The notes beneath the pieces were generated by a model. That model had not been told where the DNA came from, did not search any database, and saw only the letters and a list, made by a program, of their open reading frames with translations. This document shows, piece after piece, positions 56,592-59,933 of a stretch of DNA of 59,933 nucleotides. Source of the DNA: an uncultured bacterium (GTDB taxonomy: Bacteria > Hydrothermota > Hydrothermia > LBFQ01). The stretch spans positions 1 to 59,933 of the forward strand of contig CAYYQD010000004.1 in the NCBI GenBank assembly GCA_964473735.1. Reading direction: 5' to 3'. Numbering within the stretch: the stretch's first letter is position 1; each line of letters opens with the position of its first letter. A program made the translations under genes and the position numbers.

Positions 56592-57146
56592 ATGAACGAG
56601 ATTTACAGGAAGATGGAAGACTCCATGAAGCGGGCCGTGGAGTACCTCAAGAGGGAGCTATCCCGTATCCAGATAGGCAGACCTAACCCGGCCATCCTTG
56701 ATGGCGTAAAGGTGGATTACTACGGTCAGAAGGTGCCCCTGCGTCAGATAGCAGGGATAAATCCTTCACAGGAGGGTGCCCTGATAGTGCAGCCCTGGGA
56801 TCCCTCCGCCATAGGAAACATAGAGGTCGCCATACGGGCGGCCAACCTGGGGCTGAATCCCATCCGTGAGGGAAAGGTGCTTAAGATACCCATCCCCAAA
56901 CCCTCGGAGGAGCGCCGCAAGGAGCTCGTGAAACTCGCCCGCCAGCTCGCGGAGGAGACCCGGATACACATCCGGAACGCTCGGAGGGACGCCATAGAGC
57001 AGGTGCGCGAGATGGAGAAGGCCAAAGAGATCACGGAGGACGACCGTTTTCGCGCCGAGAAGGAGATACAGAAGATAACGGACAAGTACATAGAGCAAGT
57101 GAACGATATACTCAGGAAGAAGGAAAAGGAAATACTTGAAGACTAA
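56592..57146 (+). CDS. frr: Ribosome recycling factor
   Basis: GR.NP, VDYYG, QPWD, EERRKELVK, IRNARR. Confidence 0.97.
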   Translation: MNEIYRKMEDSMKRAVEYLKRELSRIQIGRPNPAILDGVKVDYYGQKVPLRQIAGINPSQEGALIVQPWDPSAIGNIEVAIRAANLGLNPIREGKVLKIPIPKPSEERRKELVKLARQLAEETRIHIRNARRDAIEQVREMEKAKEITEDDRFRAEKEIQKITDKYIEQVNDILRKKEKEILED

Positions 57147-57825
57147 GGTTCCCACACACGTCGGCATCATAATGGATGGCAACGGTCGGTGGGCCCAGAG
57201 GAGGGGCCTGCCGCGGGTTATGGGACACAAGGTGGGGGTGGAGTCCGTAAGGTCCGTGATAAGGGCGGCCAAAAAGGCCGGTGTAAAGTACCTGACGCTT
57301 TACACCTTCTCCTCCGAAAACTGGCAGCGACCCGCCGAAGAGGTGGGAGCCCTGATGTACATGCTTAAGGTACTACTGAAACGTGAGATAAAGAACCTGA
57401 ACCACCTCGGCGTTCAGGTCAGGGCCATAGGGGAGCTCCATCTCCTTCCACCCGACGTGCGCAGTGTCCTTGACTACGCCATAAGGGAAACGGCAGAGAA
57501 CCGGGACCTGATCCTGACCTTAGCCCTATCCTACGGGGGGAGAAGGGAGATAGTCTCGGCCGTAAACCGTGCCATCCGTTCCGGGGTAAAGGAGGTGGAC
57601 GAGGAGGGCTTTCGGGCTTTCCTGTACGACCCCGACCTCCCCGACGTGGACCTGATAATAAGGACGGCAGGGGAGTACAGACTGTCCAACTTCCTGCTGT
57701 GGCAGTCGGCCTACGCCGAGCTGTACTTCACGGAGACGCTGTGGCCTGACTTCCGTGAGGAGGACTTCTTCAGGGCGCTTGAAAGCTACTCAAAGAGGGT
57801 GAGGAAGTTTGGGAAGGTTCTCTGA
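57136..57825 (+). CDS. uppS: Undecaprenyl diphosphate synthase
   Basis: IMDGNGRWA, FSSENW, YGGR, RLSNFLLWQ. Confidence 0.97.
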   Translation: MKTKVPTHVGIIMDGNGRWAQRRGLPRVMGHKVGVESVRSVIRAAKKAGVKYLTLYTFSSENWQRPAEEVGALMYMLKVLLKREIKNLNHLGVQVRAIGELHLLPPDVRSVLDYAIRETAENRDLILTLALSYGGRREIVSAVNRAIRSGVKEVDEEGFRAFLYDPDLPDVDLIIRTAGEYRLSNFLLWQSAYAELYFTETLWPDFREEDFFRALESYSKRVRKFGKVL

Positions 57826-58573
57826 CCTCCTCCCCCGCGTAATCGTGGCGGTTGTCCTGATAGGTATCCTCGGGGTCGCCCTGTACTTTGGAGGATGGGC
57901 TTTCCGTATCGTGGCCTACCTCGCGGTGCTTCTGGTCTATTACGAGCTCTACAGACTCTTAGCCTTTAAGTTCAGCCTCCTGAGCTTCCTGGCCGGGGCC
58001 GTGGCCATATCCGCCGCTTTCTGGACGGAGAACGTGGCCCTTACGGTCGTACTTCTGGCGATCTTCGGTCTGGCCAACTACCTTATGGGGTTCTCTGTCA
58101 AGGAGGCCTTCATGCTCATATCCGTCGCTATCTTTATCCTGATCCCGGCCTACGTGGCCGTGAAGCTGAGGGACGAGTCCCTGTGGCTCTTGATTTACGT
58201 AATGGTGTGCAACTGGTCCGCCGACACCTTCGCGTACTTCTCCGGCAAGCTATTCGGAAAGCACAGGGTGTTCCCGCAGATAAGCCGTGGGAAGACCCTT
58301 GAGGGGTACGTGGGGGCCGTAGTGGGTAGCGCCCTCGTAGGAGGCGTGTTGGGATACTTCCTCCATTACAACCCCTTCGTCTCCACCATCGTAGGGGCCT
58401 ACATAGGTATCTTCGCCCAGATAGGGGACCTCGTAGAGTCCGCCCTAAAGCGGGAGAAAGGTGTAAAGGACTCCGGAAGGCTACTGCCCGGACACGGGGG
58501 ACTTCTGGATAGGGTGGATAGCCTCCTTCTCTCCCTCCCAGCCTTCTGGGTCGTGAAGGACCTGTTCTTCTAA
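57809..58573 (+). CDS. cdsA: Phosphatidate cytidylyltransferase
   Basis: DTFAYF.G, KTLEG, GDLVES..KR..GVKDSG..PGHGG.LDRVDS. Confidence 0.96.
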   Translation: MGRFSDLLPRVIVAVVLIGILGVALYFGGWAFRIVAYLAVLLVYYELYRLLAFKFSLLSFLAGAVAISAAFWTENVALTVVLLAIFGLANYLMGFSVKEAFMLISVAIFILIPAYVAVKLRDESLWLLIYVMVCNWSADTFAYFSGKLFGKHRVFPQISRGKTLEGYVGAVVGSALVGGVLGYFLHYNPFVSTIVGAYIGIFAQIGDLVESALKREKGVKDSGRLLPGHGGLLDRVDSLLLSLPAFWVVKDLFF

Positions 58574-59655
58574 CGTACGAACAGCCTGTATATCAGGTAG
58601 GAGGTGCCAACGTCAAGGCCTATCTGTACTAAGGGTATAAAGCTCCCGTAGGGCCGGGGATCCTTCTCAAACAGAATAAGAGGAGCATAAGCGGCCCAGT
58701 ACGCCATGGCAGGTACGACGGAGTACAGGACGCCGGCCATTGTAGGTACGTGGTGCTTCCTTATGAGCATGTAGGATACTCCGGCCCCTAAGATGCCACC
58801 CACTATCTGGCTCGCCCCTCCCAACCTGTTCATGGTGGGGTTGTCGGGGTAGTAGTACCCCTGTGTTAGAACGGCAAAGTACTTATCCCTCTCCCTCTCC
58901 CATCTGTCCTGAGACCAGAAGGTCTGAAGGTAAGCCGTGCGCAGAACGTTGCCGAAGACCAACGACCCTTTAGATATGTTGGCAGACAGGAAGAGGGCGT
59001 CCCCCGCCGTATAACCCTCCCATCCGGCCGTGGATATGAAACCTCCGAGGGCGGAGGATACGGAGATGACGGGAAGGAGGGTAAAATCAAACTTCAGCTC
59101 GCTGTACGAGGGAGCCCCTGTGGAATCGTAGCGCACGTAATCCCCGAGTAACGTTCGTTTTAACTGGTAGTAGTAGTACAGGCTCTGAAAAGCGAACAAC
59201 GTCTTCGTCACGTAAGCCCCCTCCGACGCCCGGGAGTTCTGGGAGTACGCGAGACCTGCAGCGTTGAGGATCAGGCTCGTGGTTAGAGGGATACCGGGCG
59301 TTGCCCATTCGGGGAGACGTACATCGTAGGATATTAGGGAGTTCTCTATAAGGTACCCCCACAGTAATCCGTCCACTCCCCCCGTGAAGGAGGCTATGGC
59401 TCCGGGAGATTTTACTCCCACCTTCATAGAGTAGGCCGCAGAAGCGGCCATGCACATCAACGGGGTAGCCGATCCCACGCACATTCCCACCTTCCAATCC
59501 CATACACTTCCGACGAAGGCCCCTCCGAGCCACGAGTACGCGCAGCAGCCCAGTACCGTCTGCCCTGCGACGAAGCCAACGCGTTCAATAGCTTCATCCC
59601 GCTTGAACTCCTTAACCGTGTCCGAACTGCTTACGGCCAGTAATACTACCATCAT
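58570..59655 (-). CDS. Hypothetical membrane protein
   Basis: 361-aa ORF with multiple Gly-rich hydrophobic segments; TAAAAT 7 nt before ATG. Confidence 0.65.
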   Translation of the reverse strand: MMVVLLAVSSSDTVKEFKRDEAIERVGFVAGQTVLGCCAYSWLGGAFVGSVWDWKVGMCVGSATPLMCMAASAAYSMKVGVKSPGAIASFTGGVDGLLWGYLIENSLISYDVRLPEWATPGIPLTTSLILNAAGLAYSQNSRASEGAYVTKTLFAFQSLYYYYQLKRTLLGDYVRYDSTGAPSYSELKFDFTLLPVISVSSALGGFISTAGWEGYTAGDALFLSANISKGSLVFGNVLRTAYLQTFWSQDRWERERDKYFAVLTQGYYYPDNPTMNRLGGASQIVGGILGAGVSYMLIRKHHVPTMAGVLYSVVPAMAYWAAYAPLILFEKDPRPYGSFIPLVQIGLDVGTSYLIYRLFVR

Positions 59656-59933
59656 AGATAAGATTTTAGGGTGGAAGTGGGGATAGGTTATACGTTTTCG
59701 CTGCTTAAGTTGGCCACAGTGTTGCTATGCCGGAATGGGGGAGAGGATACAGGCCCCAAATGAGGGATAAATTTGTCAGCACACTGTAGAGATAACATCC
59801 CTAACGTATGGAAAAATTGGGGAAAGACCTTGAGATGAGACGATCCACTTGACAAATTTCTAAAATACACCATTATTATAAGTTTTCGGAGTTTAACCCC
59901 TTTATCCGGAGACGTTCCTTAGGGCAAAGGGGG

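Noticed and set aside
59688-59873. 61-aa ORF and a TTGACA near 59849
   Set aside because: Atypical composition; spacing to a -10 is non-canonical; the downstream gene is outside the window
1-59933. tRNA, rRNA, transposase or prophage genes
   Set aside because: None recognised in the intergenic gaps or ORFs; a covariance-model scan would be needed to exclude small ncRNAs

Overview
A 60-kb, GC-rich, very compact stretch of core chromosome from a thermophilic diderm bacterium. Evidence: reverse gyrase plus a GyrB-type subunit, lpxD, AGG/ATA/AAG codon bias, a PorU-like C25 peptidase and several proteins with T9SS-type C-terminal sorting domains. A WOR-3/FCB-affiliated candidate lineage is my inference, not established. 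There are about 53 CDS, mostly housekeeping genes scattered out of their usual operons. I saw no rRNA, tRNA, CRISPR array or transposase. The most striking signals lie outside the gene list: (1) 32 genes have a TANNNT -10 hexamer 5-9 nt before the start codon and no Shine-Dalgarno, pointing to near-universal leaderless mRNA; (2) predicted secreted proteins start with ultra-short hydrophobic N-termini lacking a basic n-region; (3) a 38-bp imperfect palindromic intergenic element occurs four times, two copies flanking one secreted-protein gene as direct repeats; (4) TCGA and CTAG appear to be absent; (5) there is an unannotated 25-aa CcmD-like ORF and several degenerate or truncated enzymes. All calls are from reading the sequence by eye; no searches were run.
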